DNA of 64,000 nt from Rebecca billardiae RCC1528 (lineage: Eukaryota; Protista; Haptophyta). The stretch's first letter is position 1. Each line of letters opens with the position of its first letter. The position numbers and the translations under genes were made by a program. Under the pieces are notes generated by a model. The model was not told the origin of the DNA. It was given only the letters and a program-made list of their open reading frames with translations, and did not search any database. The DNA is taken from NCBI GenBank assembly GCA_965240325.2, contig OZ251254.1:372001-436000 (forward strand), read 5' to 3'. Below are positions 22,267 to 33,417 of the stretch, piece by piece.

Positions 22267-23118
22267 ATGCGGCACGTTCAGGCGACGCTCGTCGCCGCGT
22301 GCGTCGCGGCGTGGTGCACAACCGCGGGCGCAGCCGCGCATCGGCCCGTCCTCCAGCGCACGGCGCGTGCCACCACCGGCGCCTCGGCCATCGCGCGGCC
22401 TCTGCGCGCGCGCGCGGCGCGGCGGTCCGCTCGCGCATCGGGCGTGCGCATGCTCGAGATCGACGCGGAGACGCTGCGCTCGATCGGCCCGATGGGCATG
22501 GCGGCGGTGGTCTGCGGGGCGGACATGATCCCGGGCGCGCCCACGCAACCCATCGCCATCGCCGCGGGCGCGCTCTTCGGCCTCCCCAACGGGTTGCTCG
22601 CCGTGTGTGTGGGTCAGGCGTTCGCAGCCGCCGGCGCGCTCACTCTCTCGCGCACGCCGGCGGTGCGCGAGCTGATCCTGAGCAAGGAGCAGGAGCTAGA
22701 GTCGGAGTCGCCGAACAAGCTGCGCCTCTCGCTCAACGCCGTCGCCAAGCGCATCGACTCGCAGGGCTTCTGGGGCGTCATCGCGACGGTCGTCGGCGTT
22801 CGCCAGTCACCGATTATTCCGTTCTCGCTCGGCAATTACTACCTGGGGCTGTTCACGCGCGCGCCCCCCGCGGCGGTGCTCGCGGGCACGCTGGTGGGCT
22901 GCTTCCCGCTCAACGCGCTCTGGGTCTACGTCGGCGCGAGCACGCAGGGTGCCCTCGAGAAGGTCCTCGCCGGCGAGTCCGTGGACCCGGGTGAGCTGCT
23001 GCAGTCGCCCGCTGGCTCGGCGCTCGAGGTGCTGGGCGGGCTGGCGACGCTCGCGATCGTGGTGGCGGTGGGGCGCGCGATGGCGAGCGAGAGCGGCGTG
23101 GAGGAGGACGCGGCATGA
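22267..23118 (+). CDS. VTT/SNARE-associated Golgi (TVP38/TMEM64/DedA) membrane protein, probably with signal plus transit peptide
   Basis: IPGAPTQPIAIAAGALFG, VRQSPIIPFSLGNYYLG, GTLVGCFPLNALWVYVG motifs. Confidence 0.88.
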   Translation: MRHVQATLVAACVAAWCTTAGAAAHRPVLQRTARATTGASAIARPLRARAARRSARASGVRMLEIDAETLRSIGPMGMAAVVCGADMIPGAPTQPIAIAAGALFGLPNGLLAVCVGQAFAAAGALTLSRTPAVRELILSKEQELESESPNKLRLSLNAVAKRIDSQGFWGVIATVVGVRQSPIIPFSLGNYYLGLFTRAPPAAVLAGTLVGCFPLNALWVYVGASTQGALEKVLAGESVDPGELLQSPAGSALEVLGGLATLAIVVAVGRAMASESGVEEDAA

Positions 23119-23403
23119 CACCGGTGGTGCTGCGTGCGGGTCGGCTCACCTCCGGCTTGATGACTAGTAGCCGCTGACGGGCGCTGTTCGGTAGTGAGTC
23201 GGTTAACTCACTCGGTTCGGCAGCTGCCACTCAGAGTGATGATGACAGTATCGATATCGATCGGGTGCTGCTGATCGTTATTCGTCATCATCGTCGATCC
23301 GCCACTCTACACCACTCTACTCTCTAGTCTCTAGCCGTATCATAGTATTAGTATCAAGCGCAGTCAAACTCATTGACTGATTGAGTCATTCATCGTCTAT
23401 CGG

Positions 23404-23485
23404 ATTTAACGACACAGGTAGGACGACGCGGGTCTCCTGATGATTCGTCGGCGGCAGTGCCCGGTCGCCGACACGAAGTCAGCGT
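23404..23485 (-). mobile_element. Short dispersed repeat, probable 3' end of a retroelement (copy 1)
   Basis: Reverse complement of 35351-35410 over ~60 bp; contains a stem-loop and ends GTCGTTAAAT on the minus strand. Confidence 0.55.
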
Positions 23486-23625
23486 TGGTGCGGCTGATCG
23501 AGACGGCAACTCGCCCGTCCAGAAATAAGTGGTCGTCGTGAAAAAGCCAGGGCCCGCCCAAAAACCCCGCCGCGATTTATTTCGCCGGCTTTCCGACCCG
23601 GCGTGCGCGGCCTCCGGCTGTGTCG

Positions 23626-24679
23626 GAGGCCGCTCGAGCGACTTCGTGTCTGGCGAGGCAGATCGCGCCAGTGCGTGGCGAGGCAGACGCTCGCCTGCCT
23701 CGCCGCTTGGCGAGGCAGCTAAGCTAGTAAAGCCGCGGCCGAACTTTACGAAAGCCAAATGTCTGCCGGTGCGCCGCCCGTCTTTTGCGCACGGTGACAA
23801 GGGCGCGCGAGGGCGCTTCCTCACGATCCCGAAGAGCGCTGCGCGCGGCGTCGCGTTGGCGGCGGCAGCGGCGCTGGGGTGTATCTTGCCCATTCTGCGT
23901 GGCGGCGCGCTCTCATGACGCCTCGGCCGCCGCCACGCCATGCGCGACCGGGCGTGTCGCCTTCTTGACGGGCAGTGCACACGCCCTTGCAAGCGCACAG
24001 CCGTGAAGAGCCGAGAGCGTCCGTCGCGAGCACGCCGCCCACGCGGGATGCGTTATGCTGTCACCGAAGCCACCTTGCGCATGCGCTTCGCCGAGTTCGC
24101 CATGCGTTCAGAGCAGTCAAGATCGCTGAACGAGAGGATGTCATCGGCTGAAATGCAGGTTAGCAGTGCTCATCGTAGCTGCTACCCATGGTCATCCTGG
24201 CTCGCACATGCCAGAGCGCGAGCACCCAGTGTCATACGAATAGCCCTGGCAACGCATCCCGCGTGGGCGGCGTGCTCGCGACGGACGCTCTCGGCTCTTC
24301 ACGGCTGTGCGCTTGCAAGGGCGTGTGCACTGCCCGTCAAGAAGGCGACACGCCCGGTCGCGCATGGCGTGGCGGCGGCCGAGGCGTCATGAGAGCGCGC
24401 CGCCACGCAGAATGGGCAAGATACACCCCAGCGCCGCTGCCGCCGCCAACGCGACGCCGCGCGCAGCGCTCTTCGGGATCGTGAGGAAGCGCCCTCGCGC
24501 GCCCTTGTCACCGTGCGCAAAAGACGGGCGGCGCACCGGCAGACATTTGGCTTTCGTAAAGTTTGGCCGCGGCGTTACTAGCTTAGCTGCCTCGCCAAGC
24601 GGCGAGGCAGGCGAGCGTCTGCCTCGCCACGCACTGGCGCGATCTGCCTCGCCAGACACGAAGTCGCTCGAGTGGCCTC
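23626..24679. mobile_element. Non-autonomous foldback DNA transposon A (1054 bp; TIRs 23626-24054 and 24251-24679; TSD TGTCG)
   Basis: 429-bp near-perfect inverted arms, GAG...CTC termini, TGTCG at 23621-23625 and 24680-24684. Confidence 0.92.
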
Positions 24680-24817
24680 TGTCGTCAAGGCTTGGGCGTG
24701 CCCCCGCGTGCGCGGGGCCACTGTGTCCCGCCTGAGCCCAAGCCTGAGCCGATTTTTTTAATCAACCACGGCGCGCGAACGGGTATTCTGGAGACTGCGA
24801 TCTTCGCCGCCGCCAGC

Positions 24818-27800
24818 ATGGGGCGTCCCTCGGCACGGCGCGCGGTGGCAGCATCCGCCACGCTGCTGCTCGCGAGCGTGGGCGTCTCGCGGGCGTTCGA
24901 CACGCGCGGCGCGAGGAGACGATCCCTCCTGCCCCATGCCGCAGCGAGCGCGCGCGCCTTCACCGAGTCGCTCCTCGGCTCGGCCGAGCCGAGCGGCGGC
25001 GTTGACGCGTTCAATAGCCTCCACGACGACGACGTGGGCGGAGGAGGGGAGGAGGGCGGGAGCGGCGGCGGCGGCGGCGTGTTCGGCCACGAGGCGCAGC
25101 GCGCGATGGAGCGCGCCGCGCGCGACGAGTTCAACGAGCTCGACGACGACGACAACAACCAAGGCGGTGGCGTCGGTGGCGTCCTCGGCGCCGAGGCGCG
25201 GCGCGCGGCGCAAAAAGCGCGCGCCGCGGACGAGGCGGAGGCGGAGCCGGACTTGGAGGAGCGTGCGCTGCGGCCGTCGTACCGGCTCGACGCGTACGAG
25301 CTGAGCGCGCACGAGCTGAACAAGATGTTCGTCCCGGACTCCCTCGACCGGCACAAGTTCACCGTCTCCCCGGACGCAGCCTTCGGCGCCATCTTCAAGT
25401 GGAGCATGCTGGTCGGTGTGTGCCGCGCGCTGCGGGGGTGTGCGGGTGTGTGCGCGGGGGCGGAAGGGCGGGGTGTCGCTCGAGGAGAGTTGAGGTACGG
25501 TTAGGGGTGTAGGGTTAGGGTTAGGGTTCGGCCCAGTGCTAGCCGGCGCGGGGCGGTGCCTCGCGCGCGGGCTGAGGGGGCGTGTGAGCGCCCGCGGCGC
25601 GCCGTGCGCACTGTGCGCGCCGAGGGCGACGGGGGGCGGGGAGGGGCGGCGCGGCGGGGATGGCGGGCGCGCAGCGTGTGTGCCCTGCCCGCGAGCAGCC
25701 GCGCCGCCGCGCGGACGCACGCGCCGCCGCGCCGCCGCGCCGCCACGCGCGCACACCGCAAACCGGCCGCGCATCGGCGCCACGCGCCGCCGCGCCTGCT
25801 CCGACCGCGCACCCAACCCTAACCCTAACCCTAACCCTAACCCTAACCCGCTTCGCAGACTGGGAGAGCTACGTCCGCCTCGCCGTGGAGACGTGGGAGG
25901 AGGTGGTGGGCCCGGCGGACGCGGAGCGCCTCGCGAGCGCGCTGGAGTCCATGCCGCTGTGTCTCGCGCTGCCACACACAGTGCGGCGCGTGACACATGC
26001 AGATGAGCCGCCCGCGGAGCAATTTAAAATCGCCGCGAATTACTTTGAGAAATACGAAGAGCGCTTCGCCGCGTTCCCGCATACGCTGGCGCCGGGTGCG
26101 CGCGGCCGCGCCTGCGCGCGCGCGCACCGAGCCTCCCCGCGCCGCGCCGCCTGCCGCCGCCGCCGCCGCCGCCGCGCCGTCACGCGCCGCGCGTGCCGCG
26201 CCCCGCCGCGCGCGCGCGTGCGCGCGCGCGCGGCCCCACACGCCGGTGCGCGCGCTTACCCTAACCACCCTAACCCTAACCACCCTAACCCTACCCCCCT
26301 ACCCCGACCCTCAGGCGCCCATGCCGTGCTCGAGACGCTCGGCATGTACTCGGTCGCGCTCGCCGTGTGCTGCGACGTGCAGCCCGGGCCGGCGCGCGCG
26401 GCGCTGCGCACACTCGGCCTGGACGGGCAGCTCAATGCCATTGTGGTCGGCGCAGAGCACTCCTCTGCCGGGCAGGTGCGCGCGCGTGTGCGCGTGTGTG
26501 TGTGTGTGTGCGTGTGTGTGCGTGTGTGCGCGCGCGTGTGTGCGTGCGTGTGCCTGTGTGTGTGCGTGTGTGTGCGTGTGTGTGCGAGCGTGCGCCGGCT
26601 GCGCCCCGCGCGCGGGGCGGGCGCGGGGGTTTGGCAGCCGAGGCGCGGGTGCGGCACGCTGGGCTGCCCCCCGGGGCTGAACGATCGCTGCCGCCGGTCT
26701 GGGCTGGCCGGGGGTGGCTGGCGGGTGCCGCCGCTGTCGGCTGCCGGCTGCCGGCTGTGCGGGTCTGTCCGACGGAGCGAGCGCGCGCGTGCGCGTGTGC
26801 GTGTGCGTCGGGGGCGGGCGGCGCGCGTGGCTCGGCAGCCGCGCGGGCGCGCGCGCGCCGAGTCGGCCGCCCGCGCACGCACGCGCTCACGCGGCCCCGC
26901 CCCCTGCCCCCGCCCGCCACGGCTGTGCTGTGCCGTACTGTGTGTGCGTGCCCCCGCCCGCCACGGCTGTGCTGTGCTGCACTGTGCTGTGCTGTGCTGC
27001 ACTGTGCTGTGCTGTGCTGCACTGTGCTGTGCTGTGTGCGCGCGCCCCCGCACGCAGATGTACCTGCAAGCGGCGCTGTCGCTCGAGCGGCCGCCCTCGC
27101 GCTGTGTCGTGTTTGACGACACGCTGCACGGCGTGCGCGAGGCGCACGAGGTGCTAATGAAGGTGAGAGTGAGGGTGAGGGCGAGGGTGAGGGGGGGTGA
27201 GGGTTGAGGGGGGTGGTTTAGGGTAGGGTGAGGGTGAGGGGTAGGGTGCGGGGAGGCGTGGGCCACGCGGGCGGCGGCGTGCGCCACGCGGCGCTGGGCC
27301 GCGTGGCGCGCGCCCCGCCACGCGGCCCGAGCGCGCGGGGCCCGCGCGCGGCACGGCGGCCGCAGCGACTGCTGCCCCTGCGCGCGGCTCTGGACAGAGG
27401 GCCGGCCGACGCGCCGACCCTCCGCGCCCGGACCGGGAAGGGCGCGCACGGCCCCGCCGTGCCCAGCGTGCGCGACGGCGCCCCGCGCCCCCCTCGCCCC
27501 GCTGGCTGCTCCCACCGGCACCTGACGGCCGCCGTGTGCGTCGCGCGCGCCCGCCCCGCCGCGCGCCCGCGCGCGCGCGCCGGCCGCGCGCGCGCGCAGG
27601 CCGTCGCGTGCGCCTCGCGCCAGCCGCAGTACGAGCTCAAGCCTGCAGATCTGATCGTGGGCCGGCTGGAAGACGTGTCGATGGTGGCGCTGCGCGCGCT
27701 CTTCATGAGCGACGACGCCTTCGACGACGACCCGGACTCGGGGATGCAGAAGGAGAGCGCGACGCAGCCGGTCCGGGACTTCTGGGGCAACGAGCTCGGC

Positions 27801-27911
27801 TCGACGCGGCGCATGGTGATGGACCCGGACACAATGGACGGCGGCTCGTCGGGCGGGGACGACTCGTGGCTGTACGGCGGGAGTGGCGGCGCGGCTGACG
27901 CCGCGGAATGA
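24818..27911 (+). CDS. HAD-superfamily hydrolase-like protein (CbbY/beta-PGM-like), probably plastid-targeted; exons 24818-25415, 25859-26095, 26315-26475, 27058-27162, 27600-27911
   Basis: FGAIFKWSMLVD, LAPGAHAVLETL, MYLQAALSLERPPSRCVVFDD...EAHEVLMKAV, YELKPADLIV; four phase-compatible GT-AG introns; motif I lacks the canonical first Asp. Confidence 0.85.
25500..27247. repeat. Intronic simple repeats in the HAD gene: TTAGGG (25500-25528), CCCTAA (25812-25849, 26258-26312), (GT)n (~26485-26585), (GCTGT)n (~26965-27035), (GAGGGT)n (27163-27247)
   Basis: Directly visible. Confidence 0.9.
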
Positions 27912-28754
27912 CCCGTAGTCGCTGCGCGGGGTGTCGAGACAGCCGACCGTCGAGCGGCCTGTCACCGACAGCGAGTCACTGACACGCGGAGTGCGTGTCA
28001 CTCGCGACGAGTGTCGAAGTCACCGCCAATTTACTCGGATGAGTGATGAAGATATCGAAGTAAGTTCTGCCAATCATGATGCATCGTCGTATTTATCGTC
28101 ATCATTAAGAATATGAGTTGTACTTGGAGCGTATACGACTTCCCGCCGGTTCTTGAGACGGCAAGCACATATGTTGGATACATAAATAGATACATGGAAA
28201 TGTGTTCATGCTGTTGTCGTCAGCCGTTTGTTGGTATCTAACTTATTTCTACCAGAAGTCGATCAGATTGAGCTCAGAATCATGAGATATAGATCTGATC
28301 GGCGAGTGGCCGAAGCGACGGATAGTTGGCGCAACCCGAGCCGGTGGACTGCATGTAGTTGTCGGTACTTCTCTCGGCATTCATTTCTCCCTAAGTTGGC
28401 ATTGTCGCCGTCAGTCGCGAAGCTCGAGCGAGTTCGTCGCACCGAGCACAGATTCGCGCACCTACCCCATCCGACACGCTGATTGGCCACCGGGTCGCCG
28501 ATCCTGGAGACGGAGCCGCCCCAAAATCTCCAGGTCCAGTCTGAACCTCGCCCCGCGCGAAGTGGTTCATCGAACAGAATCTTTCTGCGCACTGGCCAGT
28601 GGCCACAAGAGGCAGCAGGGGAGGCAGGTGCGCAAGGCAAAGGCCCGGGCCCAACTGGCGGTGCGGCCCCGCAGCGTCCCTCCAGCCGCAGCGCCACGAG
28701 GGGATGATCCTCAGAGAACACCCGGTGCCCACCCGGCCGAAGCGCGCACGGGGG

Positions 28755-30302
28755 ATGGACGAGGGCCGCTCGCTGCTGCACGCGCACGCCTCGCCGCGCC
28801 CGCCCCACGAGCGGCGCGGTGTCGGTCTTGAGCTCGGGCTCCGGAGCGCGCCGGCCGGCGACGGCAGCTACTCAAGCCCGCGCGGCCTGACGATCGCCGC
28901 CGCCCTCGGCCTCGAGCCCGAGCCTCCGCTCTGCTCGCTGATGCCGCCGACGGTGCCCAGCCTCCCATCCAACGCCGGCTATCGCGCGCGCGGCGCGGCG
29001 CCGACGCGTGGCGGCCACTGCGGCGTCGAGCAGGCGCACGCCACGTCCGTCGCGTTCGCCGCCTGCGCGTCGCCGGCACACTGGGGTTCGGACTGGCCCG
29101 TGCCGGCCCGCGTGCCCTCTCCGCTCGCGTCCATCCACGCCTCGCCGCACGCTCTGCACGCATGGCCGCACGCGCCAGGGCCCGACAACGCCGGCGCCGC
29201 TGCCGAGCTGACACACGGCCTCGGCGGCGGCCGCGGTGGCACAGCCGTGCCGGCGGTGCTAGACCCGCACGCGCTGAGCGCGTTCTGGAGTGCGACGAGC
29301 TCGGCCGCGCTGCGCTTCGCGCCGCCGAGTGCCGAACCGTGCGCGCCCGCTGCCACCGCCGCGGGCGCACAGGCGACGGTGCGACCGCGGCCAGCGGCCT
29401 CGCTCTCCGGACCTTCAGCCGGTGGGCCCAAGCGGCCTCGGCTGGCCGTGGCGCAGGCAGACGCGCCTGCCCACGCGCCGCTACGCCCGCTGCAGCCATG
29501 CGCTCTGCAGCCCTGGCTCTGCGCCACGCCGACGGGCGCCGAGCCTGCAGGCTCGGTGCAGGCGGCGGCAGCGGCAGGCTTGCTTGCGGCCACGGCCGTG
29601 CTGCGCGCGCGGGGCAGTATGCCTACGGTGCCCACGGCACCCATCGCCCCTGGCGACGACGCGATGCGTGCCGCGTACTCGCAGGCGTGTCCGCCGCCGC
29701 CCGGCCTGCCCGCTGGCGTGTTCGCCGTGGGTGTCGGGGCTACGCCCGGCGCGGCAGCCTCGCGGCGGCCGCCCGCTCACCGCCGCGCCGCGTCGAGCGA
29801 GCCCAAGCGCGCTGCGTCGTCGGCGCAGCGCTCACGGCCTCCTGCGGCAACGTCGAGCACCGTGCCACGCGCGCCGCCGCCCGCGAGTGCCGTGCGCACG
29901 CCTCCGTACGTCGTCGGACCGCCCCACACGCCGCACACCATCCTGCCCCCCGCTCCGGCGGTGGCGCGCATGCGCTCCTTCTCACCCGGCCGAGCGCTCC
30001 CCGGCCTCGCGCCGCCGCACGAGCTGCCCGCGGGCGAACTCGGGGTTATGCCGTGGGCCGTGCCGGGCATGGCGGAGGCGTGCCCTCCGATGACGAGCAC
30101 GGCCCTACTCGCCCGGTTCATGCAGCTCGCGCACGCCCGCGGAGCACCTCTCGAACCGACGGGCGCAGTCCGAGTGGGCAGCTCGGCCGCGCTGATGCGT
30201 ACGCCGTTTAATGCGGCCGCGCCTGCGTTGGGGTTCGCGTCGCCGCCGCTTGGCCCGCAGGCCTCCGACGAGGTCGAGGTGCCAGATGGCAGCTATTGCT
30301 AA
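28755..30302 (+). CDS. Hypothetical Pro/Ala-rich disordered protein
   Basis: Long single ORF bounded by more AT-rich flanks; no recognisable domain; start uncertain (28704 or 28755). Confidence 0.4.
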   Translation: MDEGRSLLHAHASPRPPHERRGVGLELGLRSAPAGDGSYSSPRGLTIAAALGLEPEPPLCSLMPPTVPSLPSNAGYRARGAAPTRGGHCGVEQAHATSVAFAACASPAHWGSDWPVPARVPSPLASIHASPHALHAWPHAPGPDNAGAAAELTHGLGGGRGGTAVPAVLDPHALSAFWSATSSAALRFAPPSAEPCAPAATAAGAQATVRPRPAASLSGPSAGGPKRPRLAVAQADAPAHAPLRPLQPCALQPWLCATPTGAEPAGSVQAAAAAGLLAATAVLRARGSMPTVPTAPIAPGDDAMRAAYSQACPPPPGLPAGVFAVGVGATPGAAASRRPPAHRRAASSEPKRAASSAQRSRPPAATSSTVPRAPPPASAVRTPPYVVGPPHTPHTILPPAPAVARMRSFSPGRALPGLAPPHELPAGELGVMPWAVPGMAEACPPMTSTALLARFMQLAHARGAPLEPTGAVRVGSSAALMRTPFNAAAPALGFASPPLGPQASDEVEVPDGSYC

Positions 30303-30480
30303 GCTTCTGGAGTTGTCATGGATGCAGTCTGGACGTGTAAGCGAAGGACGACGCGGGCCTCGTCTGAAGGAGCCTAAGCGGTGTGACAACACCGTCATCA
30401 CTCCGTTGCACCGGGCGCGGAGAGTTATTTCAGTTTATTTACTTATATTCATTTTTTCCGCGGGCGGCCTGCCACTGGCG

Positions 30481-31536
30481 GAGTGCACTCGAGCGAAATC
30501 GTGCCTGGCTAGGTGTCCCTCGGCACTGGGCGGCTAGGTGTGCGCCTGCACACCTAGCCAGGGCTGGCTAGGTGTCCGCCCATACCCTCGCGTCGTCAGA
30601 ACTTTCGGAAACGAAAGTCGCGCCAAGGCGGCCCCGGTCTTCTCTCACGGCGGCGCAAGGGGCGCGGGGGCGCTGGCTCGCGATCCGAAGGGCAGTCGCT
30701 CGCGACCTCGCTTGGGCGGCGGCAGCGGCGCTGCGGCATACTGTTTGCCACCCGCGCGGCTGTGTGCGATCGCGCGGTCCCGTTCGTCGCCACGCCGCGC
30801 GCGACCGTTCACGGCACAGTCTTTCCGCACTGTGAGCACCCCTTGCCAGCGCACGGCGGCGGAGAGCCCAGACAGCCCGTCACGCGCGCGACGTCCTTGT
30901 GGGGTGCGATGTACTCACACTAATGCTAGCATGCGCCTGCGTTTTGGTGAGCCTATTCAGCATCCAGACCACTCTCTACTGCTGCAAGATGAGTCATCGT
31001 CTGCCAATCGGTCAACGAGTCATGGACAGCGCAGCAGTCGTCCATGATCCTCATGCCCACCCCGTGGGCAAGCGCGTGCCTCCGGGAACCCAAAGAACCT
31101 GGGTACATCGCACCCCACAAGGACGTCGCGCGCGTGACGGGCTGCCTGGGCTCTCCGCCGCCGTGCGCTGGCAAGGGGTGCTCACAGTGCGGAAAGACTG
31201 TGCCGTGAACGGTCGCGCGCGGCGTGGCGACGAACGGGACCGCGCGATCGCACACAGCCGCGCGGGTGGCAAACAGTATGCCGCAGCGCCGCTGCCGCCG
31301 CCCAAGCGAGGTCGCGAGCGACTGCCCTTCGGATCGCGAGCCAGCGCCCCCGCGCCCCTTGCGCCGCCGTGAGAGAAGACCGGGGCCGCCTTGGCGCGAC
31401 TTTCGTTTCCGAAAGTTCTGACGACGCGAGGGTATGGGCGGACACCTAGCCAGCCCTGGCTAGGTGTGCGGGCGCACACCTAGCCGCCCAGTGCCGAGGG
31501 ACACCTAGCCAGGCACGATTTCGCTCGAGTGCACTC
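30481..31536. mobile_element. Non-autonomous foldback DNA transposon B (1056 bp; TIRs 30481-30914 and 31103-31536; TSD TGGCG)
   Basis: 434-bp near-perfect inverted arms, GAG...CTC termini, TGGCG at 30476-30480 and 31537-31541; homologous to element A. Confidence 0.92.
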
Positions 31537-33417
31537 TGGCGGTGATGGCTATTATATGGGTCGGCGCTGCGCGTCAACTTGGGCTGGAAACCTGTTTCTG
31601 AAACGCATGATGGCACGCCGGGCCGGTCGCCCGAGCTCGGAATTCCGACGCTGCCACTGGCGCCGCCACTGGCGCCACAGGGGCGCAGCGGCGGGGCTGA
31701 CGACGCGCGCGCGTGTGCATGTCTGACCACGGCAGAGTACGCGCTGCAATGACTGGCCCGTCTGCAGCACCCCGCCCCGCGCTGTGAGTGAGAGTGTGGC
31801 CCGCGCCCAAGCGAGAAGGCGGGCCGCGGGCGGCACTCCGCCGACCTCACCGGCCGCCGACCAGCCCGCGGCCGCCTGCTGCAGCTCGTGGAACACGCAG
31901 TCGCGCGCTCGCGCGTGGAGGGCGGCCCTGCGCGTATGCGCCCGCCGGGCTTGCCGCTTCATTCGCTGGCACCGCAGGCGAGCCGCTCGTCGCGCGCAGT
32001 GCAGGTCGAGCCCTCCGCGCGCCGCCACCGAGCCGGCGCCACGCCTCGCGCTCGTGCTCGAGCTGAGGCGGCGCGTGTCGCCCGAGCCGGCGGGTTCGCG
32101 CGCGTGCGCGTGGTGGACAGCCTCGCGCGTGCGCCCGCCGCGCGCCCCGCGTCGCTCGCTTGGCGCCGCACGCGAGCCGCTCGTCGCGCGACCGAACGAG
32201 ACGTCAATCGCAAGGGCGACCCTTGGAATGGCGTGGGCTCTCCGCCTGTCGTCCTTCACGGGCCGTCGTCGTCGACGCGAGGCCGCGCGAGGTTAGCTCC
32301 GATGCTCATAGTCCAAATCTTCATCATTCATAGTATTGCGACCAGTGATTCACGAGATGGACGAACGACTGCTAGATAAAAAAAAATCGGTTCGTCAGAC
32401 GATTCGAAAGAGGGCGTATCAACATCATCACCCGCATGTTAATCATGGCGCATGCCGCATGGGCATTCGTCGCTGATTCGTGCAAGCACAATGGTTCAAG
32501 TCTTTCATCACCTCACCAATGATCATTGGACGTACCGCGTGGTTCATACTGGTAAATTTTCACACACGCATTGAACGACCTTATGATATAGGTATTGGGT
32601 GTCGTAAGGTTGCCGAGATCGAACCTCGGACAATTTCAACTTCCAATTTGTCGTTTTTACGGGGGTCTACCTTCTCCAAGAACTTCGAATTCGCGCATCA
32701 TGACGAATCTGCAGGTCCACGTCTGCGCCGATCTTAACCGTCAAACGGTGTCGATTAGATTCGCGGTTATCTTGATTATTAGGGAGGAGTACGATATTTG
32801 AACGTACGTATTGTTTGGATTGAAACGCCGCTTAACAGCATGCAATTGTTTTCAAGACACGGTGCCAAACCAGCGAAGGTGACCATGAGCGGGGGGATCG
32901 TGGTGACGGCAGGTCCACGGAGGGGGGGGATCGTGATCACGGCAGGTCACGCGTTTTGACCGTGAGGGAACCGCCACAATTTGCGAAAACGCATAAACAG
33001 CGGTTTGAGCCAAAAGCAACGCTTGCACATCGAGCATACCCAGCAAGCCACGCAGTTCGAAACGAGGTCAAAACAAGAGGTTCGTGTTCTCCCCCCCCCA
33101 AAACTCCAACTCGCACGGGTGCAAAGGTGGCTCAATGCACGACGTCCGCTTCCGCCGCCTCCTCAAATCAACCACCAAAGATTGTACGACTCTGTGCGAC
33201 TCTTGAACGTCATATGGAATGCGGCGGTTGGCGGTTGCCGGGTCCTAGGACGTTCCTACTCGTGGAAGCAGACGCGAATTTTGAAAGAGTACCGCCGGCC
33301 GTCCCAGTTGGGCCTCTGAATCGCGCCTCTACCCGCGGTGACCCCGGGCAGCACGGGCAGCAACAAGTGCGCTGCAACTCGCCTGTATCCCTACCCCATA
33401 CGACCTCTCGCACGGGG

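Noticed and set aside
23437-23485. Hammerhead ribozyme suggested by CTGATGA
   Set aside because: No GAAA core after the stem; the homologous copy lacks the extra TGA; the segment folds as a simple hairpin
31552-32296. Protein gene downstream of transposon B
   Set aside because: Only low-complexity ORFs with no recognisable motif or convincing start
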